Shown piece by piece: positions 40,113 through 48,236 of a DNA stretch of 64,000 bases. Below the pieces are notes generated by a model. The model was given only the letters and a program-made list of their open reading frames with translations, ran no database searches and had not been told where the DNA came from. The translations under genes were made by a program, and so were the position numbers. Position 1 is the first letter of the stretch, and each line of letters starts with the position of its first letter. Origin of the DNA: an uncultured Verrucomicrobiae bacterium (lineage in GTDB: Bacteria > Verrucomicrobiota > Verrucomicrobiia > Chthoniobacterales > UBA10450). Where the stretch lies: NCBI GenBank assembly GCA_963756875.1, contig CAVWPA010000002.1:64001-128000 (forward strand). Direction: 5' to 3'.

Positions 40113-40393
40113 TAGTGTTGTGTAACCGGTATGGCTTGGCAATCGCCGCGAGGAGTTTGGACGAATTTCAAGAAGTGAGCGAAGCGCTGCCCCGAAAGCG
40201 TTCGGGGCTGGCCGAGCAAGCGACGCGGAAATTCGCTCAAAAAACTGCGGCCCGGAGGGTTGAGTTGAAAATGGCCCGGCGCCGGCGTTGCTCCTCGCTC
40301 ACAGGTCGCAGAGGACATGCTCCCTCGTCGCGCCTTGGCGGCGGGCCATTTTGAATTCAACGATTGGCAAGCCATACCGGTTACACAACACTA
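40113..40393. mobile_element. MITE, 281 bp including the flanking TA dinucleotides, 33-bp terminal inverted repeats
   Basis: TAGTGTTGTGTAACCGGTATGGCTTGGCAATCG versus the reverse complement of 40361..40393: 32/33 identical; internal 20-bp IR (40259-40278 / 40342-40361, 18/20); no transposase. Confidence 0.92.
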
Positions 40394-40439
40394 GCGATTG
40401 CAAAATAGCGCCCGAAGGCAGACAACGGGAATCTTATTC

Positions 40440-41060
40440 GTGAACCGAAAGACCGCTTTTTACTGGATCGCTGGAATTCTGATCGCGACGCTCGCCATCA
40501 TCGCGGCTTTTCATTTCGACGTGGCGGCGGAAAATTTCATGAAAGGACATCAAAACCGGGCGGTGCGGCATTTTATGCACAATGTAAGCCGGCTCGGTGA
40601 TTGGCCCCTGCACTTTGCGCTGGGGTTGGCGCTCGCTGCGATCGCATGGTGGCGGGGAAGCAAAAAATGGACGCGCATCTTTTTGGCGATGCTGATCGCT
40701 CTAGCGATTGCCGGCGTCGTTGGGCACGGCATCAAAATCGCGACCGGGCGCGCCCGTCCGTCGGTAAAAATGGAACAGGGTTGGAACGGCCCGAGTCTGA
40801 GCTCGAAGTATCATGCGTTTCCCTCCGGGCACGTGGCGGCTTCGACTGCGTTCTTTGCCGTTCTCCTTCTGGCCAATTGGCGAATCGGGCTTTTCTGTTT
40901 GCCGATTCCAGCCTTGATCGGCTTCGCCCGGATGTACATCTTCGCGCACTATCTGTCCGACGTCGTTTGCGCGGCAGTCCTTGGCGTCCTCTGCGCCCTG
41001 CTGGTCGCGCATTTTCTTCTTCCACCAATCCGCAATTCGCAATTGATTCGGCGGGAGTGA
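40440..41060 (+). CDS. PAP2 family membrane phosphatase (LpxE/LpxF/undecaprenyl-PP phosphatase-like)
   Basis: KIATGRARP, FPSGH, ARMYIFAHYLSD. Confidence 0.92.
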   Translation: MNRKTAFYWIAGILIATLAIIAAFHFDVAAENFMKGHQNRAVRHFMHNVSRLGDWPLHFALGLALAAIAWWRGSKKWTRIFLAMLIALAIAGVVGHGIKIATGRARPSVKMEQGWNGPSLSSKYHAFPSGHVAASTAFFAVLLLANWRIGLFCLPIPALIGFARMYIFAHYLSDVVCAAVLGVLCALLVAHFLLPPIRNSQLIRRE

Positions 41061-41292
41061 ACAACGTCCCATTCATCCTGCACTTTCACGTTCACGTGCA
41101 CTCTCTTTTCAAGAGCGGCAGCACGTGTAAGTGAAAGAGCAGGAGTAAAGATGGAAAGTGGCGGAGGGGTGAGATTATCCAAAGCTTTGGTTTGGCTATG
41201 GAGTTAGAGCTCTACAATAGCTGAAGTTTAACGTTCGCCACGGACGCCGACTTGCTCAACTTCGTCGCGGTGGCAAACTTGCTGCGCCGCGC

Positions 41293-41341
41293 TGTAGCCG
41301 CGGTCGTTGACCGCGGTCTGGCGTCAGAGACGCCGGTTACA
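41293..41341. repeat. GTAG-type REP directly upstream of tRNA-Ser
   Basis: TGTAGCCGCGGTCGTTGACCGCGG..GGCGTCAGAGACGCCGGTTACA. Confidence 0.8.
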
Positions 41342-41351
41342 GTTGAATCCC

Positions 41352-41439
41352 GGAGGGGTGGCAGAGTGGTTGATCGCGCCGGTCTTGAAAACCGGAAGGC
41401 CGAAAGGCCTCGTGAGTTCGAATCTCACCCCCTCCGCCA
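41352..41439 (+). tRNA. tRNA-Ser (TGA), CCA encoded
   Basis: GGAGGGG acceptor stem, CCGGT-CTTGAAA-ACCGG anticodon arm, long variable arm AGGCCGAAAGGCCT, GTTCGAATC T-loop, GCCA end. Confidence 0.98.
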
Positions 41440-41518
41440 CTATCGATCGCACGCCTGCGAGCTGTGTCGGCCACTCCTGGTTGTGCGAGCAAGTGAAAAT
41501 TCGACGTCGGACGAATCA

Positions 41519-41575
41519 TGCGACGGTCATCCGCCTTCGCGTGGCTCCGGCGCGACAAGTAGACCCCCCGCTACA
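41519..41575 (-). repeat. GTAG REP arm with nested 30-bp module (41530..41559)
   Basis: Reverse strand reads TGTAGCGGGGGGTCTA[CTTGTCGCGCCGGAGCCACGCGAAGGCGGA]TGACCGTCGCA. Confidence 0.88.
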
Positions 41576-41606
41576 GGAAAGAAGGATTCCACTCGACAGG
41601 CACGCA

Positions 41607-41620
41607 TGTTCATATGAACT
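41607..41620. promoter_or_regulatory. Putative Verrucomicrobia-type LexA (SOS) box
   Basis: TGTTC-ATAT-GAACT, one mismatch to TGTTC-N4-GAACA, ending 7 bp before the ATG of a SplB-like radical SAM gene. Confidence 0.75.
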
Positions 41621-41627
41621 TATTTGC

Positions 41628-42773
41628 ATGGTGAAGCGGAAATTCGTGCCGATTGTTGAGGAAACGCCCCCGCCATCACCGGCGGTTCGCGGTCGAGGAG
41701 CGTCGTGGAGCCCAGCGAACCGATTTGAAAAACTTCATGTCGATCTTGGCGATGTTGATGTCGTCCAGATCGATGGGGAGGACCCGTCTTCGCGCGGCTA
41801 CGGCGTGTCAGGCGAACGGCCGGCTCGCCAAACACAATATTTTCGTGATGGCACGAAAACGATCATTACCCGCAACAACAGCCCGGACGTCGGATTCGAG
41901 ACCAGCCTGAATCCATACCGGGGTTGCGAACACGGCTGCATTTATTGTTACGCGCGGCCGACGCACGAGTATCTCGGCTTATCCGCCGGACTCGATTTCG
42001 AGAGCAAGATCATGGTGAAAACGAATGCTCCGGAACTGCTAAAGGCGGAACTGGAGTCGCCGCAGTGGCAGCCGCAAACGCTCGTGATGAGCGGCGTGAC
42101 AGATCCCTATCAGCCGGTTGAAAGAAAATTGCGGATCACGCGGGGTTGCCTCGAAGTGTTGGCAAAATTTCGTAACCCGGTCGCGATCATCACCAAAAAT
42201 CGCCTCGTAACGCGCGATATCGATCTCCTGCGCGAGCTCGTAGATCATCATGCCACAGCGGTAAACATTTCGGTCACGTCGCTTGATCCGAAATTGCAGC
42301 GCGTCCTTGAACCGCGCACCTCTTCTCCCGATGCGCGACTGGATGCGATCAAGCAACTCCGGGACGCGCGCATTCCGGTCGGTGTCATGGTTGCGCCGAT
42401 TATTCCCGGCCTGACTGATCACGAAGTTCCGAAAATTCTTGATGCCTGCGCGAAAGCGGGCGCGCAGTTCGCCGGATACACGATTGTGCGTTTGCCCTGG
42501 GCCGTGGCGCCGCTGTTCGAGCATTGGCTCGAAGAACATTTCCCTGATCGCAAAGAAAAGGTGCTCGGACGCATTCGGCACCTCCGCGGAAACGGCCGGC
42601 TCAACAATTCGAAATGGCACGCGCGCATGAAAGGCGAGGGGATCTTTGCGGAGCAAATCCGGTCTTTGTTCGAAGTCAGTTGCCATCGTTCCAGCATTGG
42701 TGCCCGGCCGACACTTTCGAACGCATCATTTCGCCGGACGAGAACACAGCTCGATCTCTTTGCAGGTGGTTAA
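41628..42773 (+). CDS. Radical SAM protein, PA0069/Rv2578c (SplB-like) family
   Basis: RGRGA....NRFE, SLNPYRGCEHGCIYCYARPTHEY, GVTDPYQP.E, LEPRT, C-terminal QLDLF (beta-clamp-binding-like motif). Confidence 0.94.
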   Translation: MVKRKFVPIVEETPPPSPAVRGRGASWSPANRFEKLHVDLGDVDVVQIDGEDPSSRGYGVSGERPARQTQYFRDGTKTIITRNNSPDVGFETSLNPYRGCEHGCIYCYARPTHEYLGLSAGLDFESKIMVKTNAPELLKAELESPQWQPQTLVMSGVTDPYQPVERKLRITRGCLEVLAKFRNPVAIITKNRLVTRDIDLLRELVDHHATAVNISVTSLDPKLQRVLEPRTSSPDARLDAIKQLRDARIPVGVMVAPIIPGLTDHEVPKILDACAKAGAQFAGYTIVRLPWAVAPLFEHWLEEHFPDRKEKVLGRIRHLRGNGRLNNSKWHARMKGEGIFAEQIRSLFEVSCHRSSIGARPTLSNASFRRTRTQLDLFAGG

Positions 42774-42790
42774 TCTGCTATGCGGAAAAT

Positions 42791-42846
42791 TGCAGGGCGT
42801 TTCTGTGAACCCCGAAAGCCTTCGGGGCTGACACAGACGCCCTACA
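42791..42846. repeat. GTAG-type REP doublet whose loop is the CCCCGAAAGCNTTCGGGG hairpin
   Basis: TGCAGGGCGTTTCTGTGAA-CCCCGAAAGCCTTCGGGG-CTGACACAGACGCCCTACA; inverted copy within 54085..54197. Confidence 0.85.
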
Positions 42847-42859
42847 AAAGGCGATGATG

Positions 42860-44194
42860 CTACACCTCGCCTGGGTGTGGCTGCTTCGTTAGGCTGACCC
42901 GGCCAAAAATCGTCAGCATCAGCACTCCACCAATCAGACCGAATGGCGCCATGAAATAAAAATAATTGTTCCAGCTGCGGTCGAGAAGGGCGCCGAGGGC
43001 GATTCCCGCGAGGCTTCCGCCAAAGTATTGGAACGAATCGATTACGCCGGAAGCGAAGCCGGCCATTTTTGCGCCTCCAATGTCCATCGCTGCGGCTGTG
43101 CCCAGGATTGAGTGTGTGGAGTTGGCAGTCAGTGAAATCAGAACGAGAAACAAGACCGCGGCGTTGGCGCTGTGAAATTGCGCCGCACAAAGAATGATAA
43201 TCGTTTCGAGAAAGTAAAGACCGGCGGCAACCGGCGCGCGCCGGCCTCTAAATATGGTATCCGAAATGTAACCAGACAGAAGCGAGCCGACTGACGCGAC
43301 GAATGGAATCAAAAAGCCGAGGAATTGAAATTGTGCCGACTGAAAATCGACGTGATGCACTTCCTGCATGAATCGCGGAAACCATTGATCGATTCCCTGG
43401 CGTACTGCGCCGGTGCAGGCATATGCGCAGGCAATGATCCAGATGACTGGATTGCTGACGATGATTTTAAAAACGTCGGACACTTTGGACCGGACCTGTC
43501 CGCGTGTTTCTTCGTGCGGATTTACCGGCGGGAAATTCAGTTCCTCGGGCGTGTCCTTCACGATGAGCGCCATGCAGGTCCCAACGACCACGGCGATTCC
43601 TGCGGGGATCCAGAACAGCCAGCGCCAGTGAAGGGGCGGGATTCGAATGAGGCCAAGAAAAGTAAATCCGGCGAGCAATGCCGGACCGAGTTTAAAAATC
43701 CCGAAACGGCCGAGATTGATCATGAAGCCAAAGATTCCTGCGAAACGCCCGCGTTCCGTATGACGAAACCAGGCGGCATTGATCTTGACCATGCCGGGCG
43801 CGCCAAAGGATTGCATGTAACCGTCGATTCCGCGGATAACGACAAAGAGCCACAGCAAACCCCAAAAGGACGCGGCGCCGAAAAGAATGTTCATGACGAC
43901 GGTCCCGACCGTGCCGATGAGCATTGCGCGCTTTCCGCCAAGCCGGTCCGTGAGCAATCCGTTAACGATTTGACCGCAGGCGTACGCAAACAGCGCGGTG
44001 GTGATGATCGCGCCCATCTGCTCTTTACTGAAACCGAACTGATTGCTGATGTTCTTGTTCGCCAGCGACAGGTTATACCGGCACATGTAGAACGACGTGT
44101 ACAGCAGACCCACAAACGCCCAGTTCAATCCGCGGCGTGGCCGAAAGCCGGGCGGATGTGGAATGGAAACAGAAGCGCGCGTCGATTCGGGCAT
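42860..44194 (-). CDS. MFS transporter, OPA (GlpT/UhpC-like) family
   Basis: Y.SFY.CR.N, Y..GQ..NG...DR.G, WF...ERG, GYISD....RR, G.ASG.I....Y.G. Confidence 0.88.
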   Translation of the reverse strand: MPESTRASVSIPHPPGFRPRRGLNWAFVGLLYTSFYMCRYNLSLANKNISNQFGFSKEQMGAIITTALFAYACGQIVNGLLTDRLGGKRAMLIGTVGTVVMNILFGAASFWGLLWLFVVIRGIDGYMQSFGAPGMVKINAAWFRHTERGRFAGIFGFMINLGRFGIFKLGPALLAGFTFLGLIRIPPLHWRWLFWIPAGIAVVVGTCMALIVKDTPEELNFPPVNPHEETRGQVRSKVSDVFKIIVSNPVIWIIACAYACTGAVRQGIDQWFPRFMQEVHHVDFQSAQFQFLGFLIPFVASVGSLLSGYISDTIFRGRRAPVAAGLYFLETIIILCAAQFHSANAAVLFLVLISLTANSTHSILGTAAAMDIGGAKMAGFASGVIDSFQYFGGSLAGIALGALLDRSWNNYFYFMAPFGLIGGVLMLTIFGRVSLTKQPHPGEV

Positions 44195-44336
44195 GGTTGA
44201 AGAGGATGCGTTAAAACCGCGAGTCGGCGCAATGGGAAATCAAAAGCGGCGGATTTCCAGAATGCTACCGCCGCTACAAAAGAGCTGTATGAACGCCATG
44301 CTCGTGTTCATTCGTGGTCGGCGATCGCCAAATGTC

Positions 44337-45701
44337 TCACCCGATGCAGATCGTCTTTGCGTTTACGAACTCGCGGATGCCATGGCCGCCGAGTTCTCTT
44401 CCAAAACCGGAGCGTTTGACTCCTCCAAACGGCAGTCTCGGATCGGACGCGACCATCGCATTGATGAAAACCATTCCGGTTTCAAGCTCAGACTCGAATA
44501 ATTCTCGTTCGGCCGGGTCGTTTGTCCATGCGCTTGCTCCCAGACCAAAGCTGCTGTCGTTTGCTGCGGCCACCGCTTCGGCAGCGTTGCTCACGCGGAA
44601 AATAGATGCAACCGGGCCAAAAACCTCTTCCCGCCAGGCAGGCGCCGTTTTCGGAACGTCGACGAGCACGGTCGGTTCATAAAAAAATCCCGGGCCGTGA
44701 ATCCGGTTTCCACCGGTCAGCAACTTCGCGCCGGCGGCAATCGATTTTTGAACCTGTTCGTTCAAACCGTTCAGGATCTGTTCCGTGGCAAGCGGCCCAA
44801 TATCGGTCGCTTCGTCGAGCGGGTCGCCGACTTTCAGCCAGCGCATGCGCTCGACAAATTCGCGAACGAATCGGTCGTAAAGTTTGTCGGCGACAAGAAA
44901 TCGCTTTGCAGCAATGCACGACTGACCGGTGTTGAGAGTGCGGGCCTTCACGGCGGTGGAGATGGCGTTCTCGAAATCCGCGCTCGGCATCACGATAAAT
45001 GCGTCGCTGCCACCCAGTTCGAGAACAGCTTTCTTTATTTCGCGTCCAGCCACGCTGGCCACCGCGCTTCCTGCACGCTCGCTGCCGGTAAGGGTGACGG
45101 CTTTGATTCGTGGATCGACGAGTACCCCTTCCACTTGCTCCGCTTCGATCAACAAGGTTTGAAAAACGCCTTCCTCGAAACCGGCACGGCAAAAGATCTG
45201 TTCAATATCGAGCGCACACTGCGGAACATTCGCCGCATGTTTGAGCAATCCGACGTTTCCCGCCATCAAGGCAGGCACGGCGAACCGGAACACCTGCCAG
45301 AACGGAAAATTCCATGGCATGATTGCGAGGACCGGCCCGAGCGGCTCGTAGTGCACATAACTGCGGGCGGCGTCGGTTTGCACCGCTTCGTCCTCCAGAA
45401 ATCGATCTGCGTTCTCCGCATAATAACGGCAGGCACGCGCGCATTTTTCTACTTCTTCGACCGCTGCCCGAAGAAGTTTGCCCATTTCGAGCGTCATCGT
45501 GCGCGCAAACTTTTCCTTTTCCTGGTGCAACAATGCAGCTGTCGCCGTCATCAATTCCGCGCGCTCGGCGAACGGCTTTTTTCGATAGCGCGCAAATGCC
45601 TGCTCGGCACAATCGAGACGCTTGCCGATCTCCTTATCGTCGAAGGTCGGAAATTTCTTCAGCGTTTTGCCGGTAGCTGGATTAATCGAAGCGATGGCCA
45701 T
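44337..45701 (-). CDS. NAD(P)-dependent succinate-semialdehyde dehydrogenase (Sad/GabD1-like)
   Basis: IMPWNFPFWQ, LTGSERAG, LELGGSD, GQSCIAAKR, EEVFGP, PFGGVKRSGFGREL. Confidence 0.93.
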   Translation of the reverse strand: MAIASINPATGKTLKKFPTFDDKEIGKRLDCAEQAFARYRKKPFAERAELMTATAALLHQEKEKFARTMTLEMGKLLRAAVEEVEKCARACRYYAENADRFLEDEAVQTDAARSYVHYEPLGPVLAIMPWNFPFWQVFRFAVPALMAGNVGLLKHAANVPQCALDIEQIFCRAGFEEGVFQTLLIEAEQVEGVLVDPRIKAVTLTGSERAGSAVASVAGREIKKAVLELGGSDAFIVMPSADFENAISTAVKARTLNTGQSCIAAKRFLVADKLYDRFVREFVERMRWLKVGDPLDEATDIGPLATEQILNGLNEQVQKSIAAGAKLLTGGNRIHGPGFFYEPTVLVDVPKTAPAWREEVFGPVASIFRVSNAAEAVAAANDSSFGLGASAWTNDPAERELFESELETGMVFINAMVASDPRLPFGGVKRSGFGRELGGHGIREFVNAKTICIG

Positions 45702-45708
45702 TTCTTAC

Positions 45709-45768
45709 TGTAGCGGCGCTCTATGACCGTCGCATTTATTAGTCCGACGCTCATAGAGCGCCGCTACA
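45709..45768. repeat. GTAG REP doublet (the empty form lacking the 30-bp module)
   Basis: Perfect IR TGTAGCGGCGCTCTATGA / TCATAGAGCGCCGCTACA; its TAG is the stop of the ABC gene. Confidence 0.92.
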
Positions 45769-47410
45769 GCCGAAGTCCTTTTGGAATCAAAACGCGGTCG
45801 AGAAGATCGAAAAGCCACTGAACCAGCAACGCCAGAAGCGCCGCTGGAATCGCGCCTTCCAGAATAGTGACGTGATCGTTCAGGTTCAGTCCGCTCAAGA
45901 TCGGTTCGCCCAACCCGCCGGCGCCGATCAAGGCGGCGAGAGTGGCCGTGCCGATGCTGATTACCGCGCTGGTTTTGATTCCTGCCAGAATGGATCGCGA
46001 AGCGAGTGGCAAATAAATCTTTCGTAGACGCGCTCCCGGTCCCAGGCCAAGCGCGATCGCCGAGTCGCGAACCGGTTGAGCGATGTCCTGCAAGCCGCTG
46101 GCCGTGTTGCGCACGATCGGCAGAAGCCCGTAAAGAAAAAGCGCGACGATAGCAGTCCGCGTGCTGATTCCAAAAAACGGCAGCGGCACGAGCAACGCCA
46201 GCAACGCCAGCGCTGGAATCGTTTGCACCATCCCCGTAAAGCCGAGGATCACGTGGCCGACCGCGCCGCCGCGACTGGCGAAGATGCCGAGCGGAATTCC
46301 GATCAGCACCGACAGGAGGAGGGCGGCCCCGGCAAGTTCGAGGTGGCGCAAAGTCCAGCGCGCGAGTTTATGCCAAAATGTTTCGCCGAAAGCGGCTGTC
46401 TTTCCGGCAGCGGTTCCAAAATACAAGCTCGCCGCTCGCGAGTAATTTTTCGTTCGCTCGGCTTCCGCGTTCAATCGAATCATCCGTTGCTCATCGATTG
46501 TTCCCTCCAGTTTGTGCAGTACGTCGATCGCTGGCATTGGAAGCGCGAGGCGATATAGAAACACGGCATCGTAACGCGGAAAAAACTTCAGATTATCCTC
46601 GAGCGTGACCAGATCGTATTCGGCAAGTTTGGCATCGGTTGAGTAGGCGTCCTTTACATCAATAGAACCGCTCTTCAGCGCGGCATAACCAAGCGCGTGA
46701 TCGATCCCGATTACGGTCTGCGGATGCAATTGATAATCCTCCGCGAGCGGCCGCCAGCCGTCGTTTCGATCCAGAAATTCGTGCGTAAGCCCGAATCTGA
46801 GCTCGGGATGCGCCCGCAGGTCGCTGATGGTGTGAATGCCAAGTTGCTGCGCCTGATTTCGCCGCATGACCAGCGCGTAGGTGTTGTTGAAGCCAAGCGG
46901 CTTTGTCATGCCCACGCCAAATTTTTGAAGCGCGTCGCGAATTTCGCGGTTCGACAACCGGTTATTCGTTTTCAAGATCTCCTGTGTGATCGTTCCCGTG
47001 TATTCGGGATAGGTGTCGATCTGTGCGCCGCGCAACGCTTCCCAGAGAATGATCGTGCCGCCCATTCCTTGACGATGTTCCGCGGGAATACCGGCGTTGA
47101 TAAGTGCGTGTTTCGCTACTTCTCCAAGCACGTAAGACTCAGTGAATTTTTTTGAGCCAATTGTAATGGGCTTCGCATGCGCGCTATGCAAACCGATCAG
47201 AAGATTTGCAACGATTAGCACGTGGTAACGAACAGATCGACGGATGAGCGCGATTTCCGGGGAGCGCACGCTCCCTCGCGTGCGGCGCTTGGCGCCCTCG
47301 CCAGGCGCATACCCGGTGCGTGGCGTTACCGCGCACGAGGTTTTCGGCGGGGGCGCCGAAAACGGCACGCGAGGCGCGCGCGCTCCCCGGAGCTCTCGCG
47401 TCGCCGTCAT
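45764..47410 (-). CDS. Quaternary-amine (betaine/osmoprotectant-type) ABC transporter, fused substrate-binding + permease
   Basis: IGSKKFTESY, YPEYTGT, FNNTYAL, YSTD, FFPRY (OpuAC-like) followed by permease QTIPALAL / LIGAGGLG; ATG overlaps the ATPase stop (ATGA); start uncertain. Confidence 0.9.
   Translation of the reverse strand: MTATRELRGARAPRVPFSAPPPKTSCAVTPRTGYAPGEGAKRRTRGSVRSPEIALIRRSVRYHVLIVANLLIGLHSAHAKPITIGSKKFTESYVLGEVAKHALINAGIPAEHRQGMGGTIILWEALRGAQIDTYPEYTGTITQEILKTNNRLSNREIRDALQKFGVGMTKPLGFNNTYALVMRRNQAQQLGIHTISDLRAHPELRFGLTHEFLDRNDGWRPLAEDYQLHPQTVIGIDHALGYAALKSGSIDVKDAYSTDAKLAEYDLVTLEDNLKFFPRYDAVFLYRLALPMPAIDVLHKLEGTIDEQRMIRLNAEAERTKNYSRAASLYFGTAAGKTAAFGETFWHKLARWTLRHLELAGAALLLSVLIGIPLGIFASRGGAVGHVILGFTGMVQTIPALALLALLVPLPFFGISTRTAIVALFLYGLLPIVRNTASGLQDIAQPVRDSAIALGLGPGARLRKIYLPLASRSILAGIKTSAVISIGTATLAALIGAGGLGEPILSGLNLNDHVTILEGAIPAALLALLVQWLFDLLDRVLIPKGLRL
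47256..47391. repeat. GGGGAGCG-type cruciform element, copy 3, within the 5' end of the ABC gene
   Basis: TCCGGGGAGCGCACGC...GCGCGCGCTCCCCGGA with internal hairpin GTTTTCGGCG..CGCCGAAAAC. Confidence 0.85.
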
Positions 47411-48150
47411 ATGGTTACGATGCTGCGCTGCGCGTTGATGAATTCAGACACGAAAGCGTTCGCCGGCCTTTCGCGAAGGTCGGCAATCGAGCCTTGTTGC
47501 ACGATCCGGCCTTCGTTCATCAGCACGATTCCATCGCCGAGATAAACGGCCTCGGCGAGATCGTGTGTGACCAGCAACGCCGTTTGCTGCAAGCGCGCGA
47601 AGATTTCTTTCAGGTCCTGTTGCAATGATGCGCGCACAAGTGGATCGAGCGCGCCGAGAGGTTCGTCGAGCAGCAACAGTTCGGGCGAAAGCATGAGCGC
47701 GCGCATCAGACCGACGCGCTGGCGCTGGCCGCCGGAAAGTTCAACTGGATAACGCGCCAGCAAATTTTCGGAAAAGCGCGTTAATTCGCACAGTTCCGAT
47801 AGACGTGGCTTGGTTTCATTTTCGGATTTCCCGAGGTGCCGCGCCAAAAGCAATATGTTGGCGTGCGCGGTCAGATGTGGAAACAGACCGCCTTCCTGAA
47901 TGACGTATCCTATTCGGTGCCGCAACATTTCGACGTTTTCCTGTGTGATCTGAACGCCGTCGAAAGCGACAGTCCCGGTGTCGGGCGCGATTAATCGGAT
48001 GATCAGCCTGAGGAGCGTCGACTTTCCGCAGCCACTGGGGCCGATCAAGACGGTTGTCTTGCCACGCTCGACGGAAAGATTGGTCGGATGCAACGCAGGC
48101 TGATCCGCGTAGCGCTTCGAAACATCGGCAATTTCAACCAGGGGATTCAT
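47407..48150 (-). CDS. ABC transporter ATP-binding protein (OpuA/ProV-like)
   Basis: GPSGCGKST, IGYVIQ..GLFPH, LSGGQRQR, LLLDEP.GALDP, VTHD. Confidence 0.95.
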   Translation of the reverse strand: MNPLVEIADVSKRYADQPALHPTNLSVERGKTTVLIGPSGCGKSTLLRLIIRLIAPDTGTVAFDGVQITQENVEMLRHRIGYVIQEGGLFPHLTAHANILLLARHLGKSENETKPRLSELCELTRFSENLLARYPVELSGGQRQRVGLMRALMLSPELLLLDEPLGALDPLVRASLQQDLKEIFARLQQTALLVTHDLAEAVYLGDGIVLMNEGRIVQQGSIADLRERPANAFVSEFINAQRSIVTI

Positions 48151-48155
48151 GGCGT

Positions 48156-48236
48156 TGTAGACGCTTTCCTCCGGGAAGCGCGAAGCTGTAGTATCAAGGA
48201 CGCGCGGGTCGCGCCTCGCAGAGCGAAGCGGCTACA
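48156..48236. repeat. GTAG REP doublet between egtD and the ABC ATPase
   Basis: TGTAGACGCTTTCCTCCGGGAAGCG ... GCGAAGCGGCTACA; supplies the egtD TAG. Confidence 0.75.

Noticed and set aside
40112..40375. MITE-internal ORFs as real proteins or a transposase remnant
   Set aside because: No DDE or HTH-like features; ORFs on both strands follow from the palindromic GC-rich sequence. Only a possible coupling effect on the downstream gene is retained.
41307..41627. 5' extension of the radical SAM ORF given in the ORF track
   Set aside because: It runs through tRNA-Ser and REP sequences; family similarity and the LexA-like box support a start at 41628.
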